Assembly (NCBI GenBank): GCA_964546275.1
Contig: CAZJJG010000002.1
Location: forward strand, 11,619 to 75,618
Direction of reading: 5' to 3'
DNA: 64,000 nucleotides
From: an uncultured Gammaproteobacteria bacterium
GTDB lineage: Bacteria; Pseudomonadota; Gammaproteobacteria; Magnimaribacterales; D2472
In this document: piece after piece, positions 31,684 to 40,176 of the stretch
Layout of the letters: each line of letters opens with the position of its first letter
Position numbering within the stretch: the stretch's first letter is position 1
Notes under the pieces: model-generated
The model's database searches: none
Told to the model about the DNA's origin: nothing
What the model saw: only the letters and a program-made list of their open reading frames with translations
Translations under genes and position numbers: made by a program

Positions 31684-33525
31684 TTATTTAGGGGTAGTTA
31701 GATCAATTAAATTTATTTGGGAATCTCTTGATAACTGTTCAGCTTTAATAAAGTTATATTTTTCTGCTGATAAGTCATTAATAGAATCTGAATCTACTAA
31801 AATAGTTGGCCTAATAAATACTAGGAGTTGTTTCTTTATAACTTGATTAGAAGAAGACCTAAATAATCTGCCCAGCCAAGGAATAGATCCTAGAATAGGC
31901 ACCTTGGATATATTCTCTTGAATATCCTCATCCATTAGTCCACCTAAAACTATTATCTGTCCATTGTCAGCTAAAACTGTGGTCTCAATACTTCTTTTGT
32001 TAGTAATTAGATCTACGCCACTTGCATAAGTTCCAGCAACACTTGAAACTTCTTGTTTAATTTTAAGAATAACTGAGCTTCCTTCATTTATTTGGGGAGT
32101 CACTTCTAATACTATTCCAACCTCTTCTCTTGAAGTAGTTCTAAATGCATTAACATTACTTGATCCCAAGCTCTCACCTGTTGTTATAGGAATTTCTTGT
32201 CCAACAATAAGCTTAGAGGGAGTATTATCAATAGCAATTGCGAAAGGGGTTGAAAGAATATTAGAATTTTGATCATTGGCAACTGCATTAATAATTCCAG
32301 CAAAGTCAGTAAGGTTTCCAAAAGCGGCAACTAAGCCCTGGGAGCCTAATAATGAAGAAGTTGCAAGCTGAGCTAATGTGGCATCAGTTCCATCAGATGC
32401 AGCTGAGCCAGCTAAGGCAAGAATATCTGGACCAGTTCCAACATTAAAAGATGTTAATCCAACAGGAACATCTCCATCCCCTCCTTTATATAATGTTTCT
32501 ATACCAAGATTTTTTGCAGTGGTTTCAGATAATTCCACAATTATGGCTTCAACTAAAACCTGAGCTCTTCTGATGTCTAATTTAGAAATAAGATTCCTAA
32601 TTCCTGGTATGTTTGATTCCTCAGAAGAAATAATAAGAGAATTTGTATTTTCATGATGAGTAATGACTGTCTTAATGCCATCAGCACTAGCAGCAAACCT
32701 ATCTGAAACACTATTAAGTATTGAAGCTACCTCTTCTGCTTTTGCAAATTTAAGATAAACAACATCAATAGATTTATCAGCTTTTACATCAGCATCTAAG
32801 GATAAAAGAGTGCTTTGAACATTAGAGGTTATAGTTGAGTTTGCAGATAAAATTACTGAATTTGATGGGCTAAAAGGAATGGCAACAAAGTTATTTATAG
32901 TTGGATTATTTTGAGCCTTTAATTTCTCTAATATACGAACTGCTTCAATCGATGAAAGGTTGTCTAACTTAATAATAGTAATCTTAGCGCTATCATCTTG
33001 GTCTAGTTCTTTTAAAAGATTTTTAATTCTATTCACGTTGCTTGATCTATCAACAAGCAACACAGAATTAATTGAAGGAATGCTGGAAAGATGAGATTGT
33101 CTTCCTGTAATAGGTTTGATCATAGGTAGTATTTCAGCAGCTGATCTATTTACTAACGGAATAACTGCTGTTAAAAAATTACCACTTTGAGTATCAACAT
33201 CATTTTTGTCACGAGTTGCTTCATTTTCAGGAACAATTCTAACAACACCATTATCTGAGATGGAACTAAAACCATTAACTTGAATAGTTCTTAGATAAAC
33301 GTCCCAAACCTGATCACTATCTAAACTAGCATTAGAATAAATTGTAATTTTACCTTTAACTCTTGGATCTAAAATAATAGTCTTTTTAGAAAATCTTGCT
33401 ATATCTTGAGAAACTTTTTTAATGTCTGCATCTTCATAATTTAATATAAATGAGTCTTGAGCCATTAAAGAGCTAGGAATTGCTATTAACAATCCATAAA
33501 AAAACAGTTTTAAAGATTTATTCAT
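31684..33525 (-). CDS. gspD: Type II secretion outer-membrane secretin D
   Basis: 613 aa with a signal peptide, an N0 domain (NYEDADIKKVSQDIARFSKKTIILDPRVKGKITI) and the secretin core with VPILGSIPWLGRLFRS. Confidence 0.95.
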   Translation of the reverse strand: MNKSLKLFFYGLLIAIPSSLMAQDSFILNYEDADIKKVSQDIARFSKKTIILDPRVKGKITIYSNASLDSDQVWDVYLRTIQVNGFSSISDNGVVRIVPENEATRDKNDVDTQSGNFLTAVIPLVNRSAAEILPMIKPITGRQSHLSSIPSINSVLLVDRSSNVNRIKNLLKELDQDDSAKITIIKLDNLSSIEAVRILEKLKAQNNPTINNFVAIPFSPSNSVILSANSTITSNVQSTLLSLDADVKADKSIDVVYLKFAKAEEVASILNSVSDRFAASADGIKTVITHHENTNSLIISSEESNIPGIRNLISKLDIRRAQVLVEAIIVELSETTAKNLGIETLYKGGDGDVPVGLTSFNVGTGPDILALAGSAASDGTDATLAQLATSSLLGSQGLVAAFGNLTDFAGIINAVANDQNSNILSTPFAIAIDNTPSKLIVGQEIPITTGESLGSSNVNAFRTTSREEVGIVLEVTPQINEGSSVILKIKQEVSSVAGTYASGVDLITNKRSIETTVLADNGQIIVLGGLMDEDIQENISKVPILGSIPWLGRLFRSSSNQVIKKQLLVFIRPTILVDSDSINDLSAEKYNFIKAEQLSRDSQINLIDLTTPK

Positions 33526-33527
33526 AT

Positions 33528-33920
33528 TTATTTTCCAACCTTATTCTCTAATTTATATAGTTTACCTGATCCTTTAAAGATAATTTCATCAGGACTTATA
33601 CTCATGAGTTCATATGTATTTTCTAAAAGATCTCCCTCATATACAACAAATTCTTTACTGCCTTTTTTAACTATGATTGAAGAGCTCTCTTCTCCATATC
33701 TATAACCTATAATTGTATAACTAAAATCAGTTTGTTTTATATCTGACACCTCTACTTCTGATGAATCTAAAGAGTTATTTTTAATTTTATCAATGTTACT
33801 AAATTGAATATTTTTTATATCTGGTTTATTGATAATATTTAAAATAAGAATAGCAGACAAAGTTATAGCAAATATCCCTATTAAGGTGATGAGTAGTTTT
33901 TTAATTTGTTTAGTATTCAT
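33528..33920 (-). CDS. gspC: Type II secretion protein C (short form, no PDZ/coiled-coil domain)
   Basis: 130 aa with an N-terminal basic stretch plus TM (KKLLITLIGIFAITLSAILIL) and a small periplasmic HR-like domain. It is the first gene of the operon, directly before gspD. Confidence 0.6.
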   Translation of the reverse strand: MNTKQIKKLLITLIGIFAITLSAILILNIINKPDIKNIQFSNIDKIKNNSLDSSEVEVSDIKQTDFSYTIIGYRYGEESSSIIVKKGSKEFVVYEGDLLENTYELMSISPDEIIFKGSGKLYKLENKVGK

Positions 33921-33922
33921 AA

Positions 33923-33953
33923 TAAAAAAATGAGCTACATAGTGTAGCTCATT
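33923..33953 (-). terminator. Rho-independent terminator between phoR and gspC
   Basis: A perfect 9-10 bp stem, ATGAGCTACA / TGTAGCTCAT (33930..33952). On the minus strand it is followed by U7 and then, 3 nt later, by the gspC ATG. Confidence 0.6.
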
Positions 33954-34127
33954 TTATAATTATCGTGGAGCCTATAAAGCTATATTTAAAAGGCTAAAAA
34001 AGATATAAATTACTATTTTAAGCCTGAAATTTTAACAACTTTTCCAAGACGACCAGATTTCATAATAAAGTGAAATTTATTCCACATAAGCTTAATCATG
34101 ATATTTGTATTCTCCAGTTTGATTTAA

Positions 34128-34171
34128 ATGCAACATTTATGTGACATTTATGTTACATATACTATACATAC
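34128..34171 (-). promoter_or_regulatory. Three to four phased 11-bp direct repeats resembling Pho boxes
   Basis: The plus strand reads ATGCAACATTT ATGTGACATTT ATGTTACATAT (ACTATACATAC). The minus strand reads ATATGTAACAT AAATGTCACAT AAATGTTGCAT, followed by TTAAAT (a possible -10, 34127..34122). The E. coli Pho box is a 7-bp CTGTCAT direct repeat with 11-bp phasing. Confidence 0.35.
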
Positions 34172-34207
34172 TTTTTGAATAAGTAAAGAAAATGGGTAAT
34201 AGATATA

Positions 34208-35968
34208 TTATTTAGGCTTAGGCAGTGTGAACCAGAAGATTGATCCAAAGGGTTCTTTAGTAGTAATTCCAACCTCTCCATTTAAACTATTGGTAAGATT
34301 TTTTACAATAGCGAGTCCTAATCCGCTACCTTTGTTATCTGATGCTCTGGCTGATGCTGTCCTATAAAATCTATCAAATATATGCTCTTGATCCTCATTT
34401 GATACGCCTATTCCAGAGTCAGCAACCATTACTTTAATCATCTTGCCTTGATCTTTGGTGGATATTTCAACCTTTGTACCCTCTTCTGAGTATTTCAATG
34501 CATTATCTAGAAGATTATTCATAATTCTCTCCAAAGCTTGAACATCTGCAAAAATAAGATCTTTGTGACTTGGAGAGTAACTAATATCAATATTCATTTT
34601 TTTTGCAACGCTATTCATAGATATTAAAAACGAATTCATGAATTCATCTAAATCTATACCTTTAATATTTAACTTTAGATCACCATATTCAATTCTTGAT
34701 AAGTCAATAAGGTCACTCACCATAGATGTAAGCCTCTCTGAATTATGCAAAATTGCTTTAGCAAATATTTTGGCGTCTTTTTTATTATCTAAAGCTCCAT
34801 CAAGTAGCGTTTCTGAGTTAGCTCTAATAACGCTTACAGGAGTTCTTAATTCATGGGAGAGATTAGAAATAAAATCTCTTCGCATTGAGTTAAGTTGTCT
34901 TAATTGGGTTATGTCATGAAGTACTAGTATATATTCACCAGTTGTTTTTGATTGATTCATAGAACCAAGTACCCATTTTGTTGACTTATCATCAAGCTCA
35001 ATTTCAAACTCAATATCTGCCCTTTTTTTATTAGTAACTCTATTGAATAAATAGTTTATAGCCGGGAAGTTTAAAGAATTTATATTTTTATTATCTAAAT
35101 CAATAACATTTAAAATGATTAAGCTTTGCTCATTGTTATATACAACCTTCCCTTCTTTGTTGGTAACAAGAATACCTTCACCCAAGTCATCTAAAACTAA
35201 ACCAAATTGATCTCGTTGTTTGGCAATTAATTTAATTTGATTTTTTAAATCTTCTGAAATCTGTGAAATAGATCTTGCTACAGTTCCAAATTCATCACCT
35301 CTTTGAGTCGGGAGTGTACCAATATCTCTTGACTTGTAATCACCTTCAGCAATATTTGATGCTGCTGATGCTAACTCTTGTAGATTAGAATAAAGATAGT
35401 TTGCTGCAATTACACTGGCAAATATTGAGACTATAAAGACTACGACAAATAAAAGAATGACTGAAATTTGCAGAGTTCCTGTAGCACTTTCTAGATAATT
35501 AAGTGGTACAGATATTCTTATAATATTGGGTTGATTAATATTTGTATCTTGAATCGCAAAATATAATAAATCTTGTTGGATGGTTTCGCTATATCTAGAA
35601 ACCCATCCAGAGCCATTATTTACCGCATCAATAAACTCAATTCTATCTGCATGGTTATCAATAGATTTAATTTGATTTACATCTAAATTAGAATCTCCTA
35701 CGACTTTTCCATTACTCAGTATAAAAGTGACTCTTGAATTTGCTGCCTTACCAAGGCTATCTGCGATTGCATCAGCTTCCTCAATAGTCTTGTAATTACT
35801 TATATTGCTTGCTGAAGCAACAAGCAGGCCAGCTTGTTTTTCTAACTCATTAACTATTTGAAGTTCAAAAGTTTTTGTAAGATCGCGTTCTGCAATAATA
35901 TAAGAAATTCCTATGCTTGTTGAAAGCAAAAGAAATACTAATAGAAATATACGAGACCTTATTCCCAT
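34208..35968 (-). CDS. phoR: Phosphate-regulon-type sensor histidine kinase with a large periplasmic domain
   Basis: 586 aa with two TM segments flanking a ~140-aa extracytoplasmic region, HAMP, PAS, the HisKA H-box (SNLSHELRTPVSV) and HATPase N/G boxes (NLLDNALKY; DSGIGV; GSGLGLAIV). It is paired with the PhoB-like regulator. Confidence 0.6.
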   Translation of the reverse strand: MGIRSRIFLLVFLLLSTSIGISYIIAERDLTKTFELQIVNELEKQAGLLVASASNISNYKTIEEADAIADSLGKAANSRVTFILSNGKVVGDSNLDVNQIKSIDNHADRIEFIDAVNNGSGWVSRYSETIQQDLLYFAIQDTNINQPNIIRISVPLNYLESATGTLQISVILLFVVVFIVSIFASVIAANYLYSNLQELASAASNIAEGDYKSRDIGTLPTQRGDEFGTVARSISQISEDLKNQIKLIAKQRDQFGLVLDDLGEGILVTNKEGKVVYNNEQSLIILNVIDLDNKNINSLNFPAINYLFNRVTNKKRADIEFEIELDDKSTKWVLGSMNQSKTTGEYILVLHDITQLRQLNSMRRDFISNLSHELRTPVSVIRANSETLLDGALDNKKDAKIFAKAILHNSERLTSMVSDLIDLSRIEYGDLKLNIKGIDLDEFMNSFLISMNSVAKKMNIDISYSPSHKDLIFADVQALERIMNNLLDNALKYSEEGTKVEISTKDQGKMIKVMVADSGIGVSNEDQEHIFDRFYRTASARASDNKGSGLGLAIVKNLTNSLNGEVGITTKEPFGSIFWFTLPKPK

Positions 35969-35972
35969 TTAG

Positions 35973-36665
35973 CTACTCAGGGGTGCGTGAGAATTTATAA
36001 CCAACGCCTCTTATTGTTTGAATATACTTACCCATAACACCAAGTTTCTCTCTTAGTCTTTTAATATGAGTATCTACAGTCCTAGTAGTAACATCTGAAC
36101 TATATCCCCAGACGTCGGAAAGTAATTGATCTCTTGTTTGAACTCTACCCCTTCTCTCTACAAGCTGATTTAATAACTTGAATTCTAAAGCGGTTAAGGT
36201 TATCTCCTCATCATCAATAAATACCTCATGAGATTCAATATCCATAACCAATGAACCAAAACTTCGATTAATTTCTAGAGGAGTGGCAGTTTTCTGATTT
36301 CTTTTTAGAACCGCCTTTACTCTTAAAATAAGCTCTCTAACACTAAAAGGTTTAGTAACATAATCATCTGCTCCTAACTCAAATCCAACAACTTTATCAA
36401 CCTCATCATCTTTTGCTGTAAGAATAATAATAGGTATTTCTTTTAAAGCTGAGTTTGACTTTAATTCCCTGCACAAGTCTAAGCCAGATCCATCGGGCAG
36501 CATTAAATCTAATAAAATGAGTGAGAAATTTGGATTTTCTAATATATTTTTAGCTTTTTTAAGAGATCCTGCTGTTGAAACTATAAAACCCTCTCTTGCT
36601 AAATTATATTCAAGAGTTTTTCTTATATCAGGCTCATCTTCTATGACAAGAATTTTATCTGGCAT
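35973..36665 (-). CDS. phoB: OmpR/PhoB-family response regulator, PhoB-like
   Basis: 230 aa, collinear with E. coli PhoB (ILVIEDEPDIR...LILLDLMLPDGSG...ILTAKDDEVDKVVGFELGADDYVTKPFSVRELILRVKAVLKR), with a winged-helix C-terminus (RGVGYKF). Confidence 0.65.
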   Translation of the reverse strand: MPDKILVIEDEPDIRKTLEYNLAREGFIVSTAGSLKKAKNILENPNFSLILLDLMLPDGSGLDLCRELKSNSALKEIPIIILTAKDDEVDKVVGFELGADDYVTKPFSVRELILRVKAVLKRNQKTATPLEINRSFGSLVMDIESHEVFIDDEEITLTALEFKLLNQLVERRGRVQTRDQLLSDVWGYSSDVTTRTVDTHIKRLREKLGVMGKYIQTIRGVGYKFSRTPE

Positions 36666-36715
36666 CTTTGTTTATTGTGTATGTGCTTTCTTTTATACGC
36701 TCTTTTAAAATTAAA

Positions 36716-38401
36716 TCAATTATCAGCAAATATCTTTCTTAGCTTAGGTTTATCAAATTTTCCAGAGGCGATTTTAGGAAGAGGTTCTTTATAAAATCTA
36801 ATTTCAAAAGGAATTTTAAATTTTGCTATTTTGCCATGCAAAAAATCTTGAATATTCTCTTGGGTTAATTCAACTCCAGGTTTTAAATAAATTGCTGATG
36901 CTACCTGCTCTCCTAGCCTTTCATCAGGAACTCCAATAATACAAGCTTCAAGCACATCGCTGTGTTCATATATAGCAGCTTCGACCTCTATGCATGAGAT
37001 ATTTTCACCGCCACGAATGACTAAATCCTTTAAACGATCAACTATATGTAAGAATGGTCCATCAAAGAAGCCCAAGTCACCAGATTTAAACCAGCCATCA
37101 TCATTAAATACCTCTGCAGTAGCTTCTGGATTCTTCCAATAACCAACCATGTTAGCTGGTGATTTAATAACCACCTCGCCCACTTCGCCTTCTTTGAGTA
37201 CATTCCAATTTTCATCAATAATATTTATATCAGTTATTGGAGGAACTATTCGCCCACAACTTGAAGGGTGCTGTAAATACTCATCACCACCATTTAATGT
37301 TCCAGCCGCATTCGTTTCAGATAACCCATATCCGATTGAAGGACGAGCTTCGAACTGCTCATCCATTAACTTTACATGTTCAGCTGGTCTAGCGGCTCCA
37401 CCACCACTTAGATCTTCAAGCGAAGAAAGGTCATAATTATCCCTTTCTGGATGGCTTAATATCTCCCATGATTGAGTAGGTACGCCTGTTATATTGGTAA
37501 TTTTTTCTTGTTCTATTAATTGTAATGCTTCTGTTGAATCCCATTTTTTCATCATAACTATTTTTCTTCCAATTAAAACAGATATTAAGAAAGCAGAATG
37601 ACTTCCAGTTACATGAAATAATGGCACGCAGTGAAGAACAGAAAGCTCTTTAACTTCGCCATTATCACTTTCACCAAGTCCGCCGGCTGAGTCTGACATT
37701 TGACTTCTAACTGATGAATAGCACATCCAGCTAAATAGTGTTGCAAGAACATTCCTATGAGATGAAAGAACTCCTTTTGGGAATCCTGTTGATCCTGAAG
37801 TATAAAATAATGTTGCATTATCATCTTTGGAGATATCAACAGAAGGCCAGTCTGTAGATTGTCCATTTATAAAAGTTGTGAATTCTTCATGGTCAGATGG
37901 ATTGTCAGCTCTTACAACTAATTTCTTAACATCTTTATTATTTTCAAGTCCGACCAGACGTTTCTCGTCAGCTATAAGAACTTTGGCATCACAGTGATCT
38001 AAACCATGTGAGACCTCAGAAGGAACCCACCAAGAATTCAAAGGAACCACCACAGCTCCCATGCCAGCAATTGCCATAAAAGAAAATATATACTCCGGAT
38101 TATTCATCATGCAGATGGCTACTCTATCGCCCTTCTCAACTCCTACTGATTTAAGCGCGTTGGCAGTTTGAGCTGCTTTGGCAAAAACTTCTTTAAAAGT
38201 ATATCTTTCATCTTCATATACTAGCCAATCCTTTTCCGCATGAAGTAATCCAAAATCAAAAAACCCTTTCAGGGATGAAGGAATTCCGGGATTACAAAAT
38301 TCTCTATATGTAACTCCATTTTTATCAATAACTTCTTTAAATTCAAAGAGTTGTCCAGGAGCTGTGTGTGCATTTAATAATTCTTGATATTGATCTGTCA
38401 T
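36716..38401 (-). CDS. AMP-dependent acyl-CoA synthetase/ligase
   Basis: 561 aa with the AMP-binding motif I (LFYTSGSTGFPKGV), GYGLSETN and the hinge/A8 region (FKSGDLG...VDRLKDLVIRGGENI). Confidence 0.85.
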   Translation of the reverse strand: MTDQYQELLNAHTAPGQLFEFKEVIDKNGVTYREFCNPGIPSSLKGFFDFGLLHAEKDWLVYEDERYTFKEVFAKAAQTANALKSVGVEKGDRVAICMMNNPEYIFSFMAIAGMGAVVVPLNSWWVPSEVSHGLDHCDAKVLIADEKRLVGLENNKDVKKLVVRADNPSDHEEFTTFINGQSTDWPSVDISKDDNATLFYTSGSTGFPKGVLSSHRNVLATLFSWMCYSSVRSQMSDSAGGLGESDNGEVKELSVLHCVPLFHVTGSHSAFLISVLIGRKIVMMKKWDSTEALQLIEQEKITNITGVPTQSWEILSHPERDNYDLSSLEDLSGGGAARPAEHVKLMDEQFEARPSIGYGLSETNAAGTLNGGDEYLQHPSSCGRIVPPITDINIIDENWNVLKEGEVGEVVIKSPANMVGYWKNPEATAEVFNDDGWFKSGDLGFFDGPFLHIVDRLKDLVIRGGENISCIEVEAAIYEHSDVLEACIIGVPDERLGEQVASAIYLKPGVELTQENIQDFLHGKIAKFKIPFEIRFYKEPLPKIASGKFDKPKLRKIFADN

Positions 38402-38544
38402 AAAATATTCTATAAATATATTGAAGATTATTTTACTACGAAATTAAATAAACGTCTTATGGATTAAGAATGAAATTGTCATCTTTAAAAAAATATAGTA
38501 ATTTGGTTTAATATAAACAAATTATAAATAGATAAGATAAACCT

Positions 38545-40176
38545 ATGCCTATAAATTACTCAGAAAGACACTTTGCAACAATATTTGAACAAAATGCTGA
38601 TCTCTTACCAGATAATCCTGCTGCAATATGCGGTGATTCAACGTTAAGTTGGAGGGAATACGATAATGAGGCAGCCAGAGTTGCTCAATTCTTATCAGAC
38701 AAAGGTCTTAGTAAAAATTCAAAAGTTGGATTGTATTTACATAATTCTAATGAATATTTAGTTGCTCATTATGCCGCTTTTAAGATTATGGGAGTGCCGA
38801 TTAATGTAAATTACCGATATCAGGCTAATGAGCTGATTTACCTTCTAGATAACTCAGATTCAGAGGCTGTTTTTTATCAAGGCTGTTATGCAGATCAAGT
38901 AAAAAAAATTAAAAATGATTTACCTAAAGTAAAAGTTTGGATTCAATTAGAAGATTCAACGCCTCTTCTTGAGGGTTCATACTCATATAAAGAGATTGCA
39001 ACTAACACCTCTGCCATGCAAAGAATTAAAAGAGATGAAGATAATATTTATATGCTCTATACAGGTGGAACTACAGGCATGCCAAAAGGAGTAATGTACA
39101 CCCATGGCGGCTTTGTTAATTCTATGTTGAAAACATTAAAAGGAATGGGTATTAATGTTCCTGATGAGCTTTCTGAAATAGAAAATACAATTCTAGATCT
39201 TCATAATAATGGAGACTTAGCAAAAAGTTTTGTGGCATGTCCTCTAATGCATGGAACTGGAATGTGGCTTGGTGGGTTTCTATCTCATTTGCTCGGCGGA
39301 TGCGTCATAACAACCCCAAATCTTGGACTTGATACTAAGCTGCTTTGGGAAGAAGTGGGAAGAGTTGGCGTAACTAATATTATTATAGTTGGTGATTCGT
39401 TTGCAAAGCCTATGGTTAAAGAGCTAAACAGAGCTGTAGCTGAAAATAATCCTTATGATTTAAGTAGTTTAAAACTAATTTATTCAAGTGGCGTAATGTG
39501 GAGTGCAGAAGTTAAGGCCGAACTCCTAGAACATCATGATATGACATTGATGGATGCAATGGGATCAAGCGAAGGAGGAATGGGCTCCTCAGTAACAACC
39601 AGACAGGATGCTGCGGCAACAGCTAAATTTAGACTAAATCCTGGAGTTGTTGTTGTAAGCGATGAAGGTGAAGAGGTTGTGCCTGGTTCAGGAGAAAGAG
39701 GTTTAGTTGGCACCAGCGGTTTAGTTCCGGAAGGATACTTTAAAGATAAAGAAAAATCCGAAGCAACATTTAAAGAATTTAAAGGAACGCGATACTCATT
39801 TCCTGGAGACTACGCAACTGTTGAGGCTGATGGAACTATTACACTTTTGGGTAGAGGAAGTAATTGTATTAATTCAGCTGGAGAAAAAATATATCCTGAA
39901 GAAGTTGAAGAGGCTTTAAAGCTTAATCAGAATGTTTATGACTCACTTGTTGTAGGGCTTCCTGATGATCGTTTTGGTAATAAGGTAGTCGCAGTGGTAT
40001 CTTTAACTGAAAATGGTCAAATTGATGAAGCTAATCTTGTAAGCGCAACACGAGATCATCTTTCTGGTTATAAATTACCAAAAAATGTTATTTTTGTACC
40101 AGAAGTTATGAGAGCTCCAAATGGTAAAGCTGATTACAAATGGGCGAAGAAAATAGCAGAAACAGAGCTATCTTAG
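38545..40176 (+). CDS. AMP-dependent acyl-CoA synthetase/ligase (second, divergently transcribed paralogue-like gene)
   Basis: 543 aa with MLYTGGTTGMPKGV and FPGDYATVEADGTITLLGRGSNCINSAGEKIYPEEVE. Confidence 0.85.
   Translation: MPINYSERHFATIFEQNADLLPDNPAAICGDSTLSWREYDNEAARVAQFLSDKGLSKNSKVGLYLHNSNEYLVAHYAAFKIMGVPINVNYRYQANELIYLLDNSDSEAVFYQGCYADQVKKIKNDLPKVKVWIQLEDSTPLLEGSYSYKEIATNTSAMQRIKRDEDNIYMLYTGGTTGMPKGVMYTHGGFVNSMLKTLKGMGINVPDELSEIENTILDLHNNGDLAKSFVACPLMHGTGMWLGGFLSHLLGGCVITTPNLGLDTKLLWEEVGRVGVTNIIIVGDSFAKPMVKELNRAVAENNPYDLSSLKLIYSSGVMWSAEVKAELLEHHDMTLMDAMGSSEGGMGSSVTTRQDAAATAKFRLNPGVVVVSDEGEEVVPGSGERGLVGTSGLVPEGYFKDKEKSEATFKEFKGTRYSFPGDYATVEADGTITLLGRGSNCINSAGEKIYPEEVEEALKLNQNVYDSLVVGLPDDRFGNKVVAVVSLTENGQIDEANLVSATRDHLSGYKLPKNVIFVPEVMRAPNGKADYKWAKKIAETELS

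Noticed and set aside
33954-34099. The 5' leader of gspC as a c-di-GMP (GEMM) or other riboswitch.
   Set aside because: The leader is extremely AT-rich and lacks the paired GNRA-tetraloop/receptor hairpins or any conserved riboswitch core I recognise. Only a terminator and one weak hairpin are visible.
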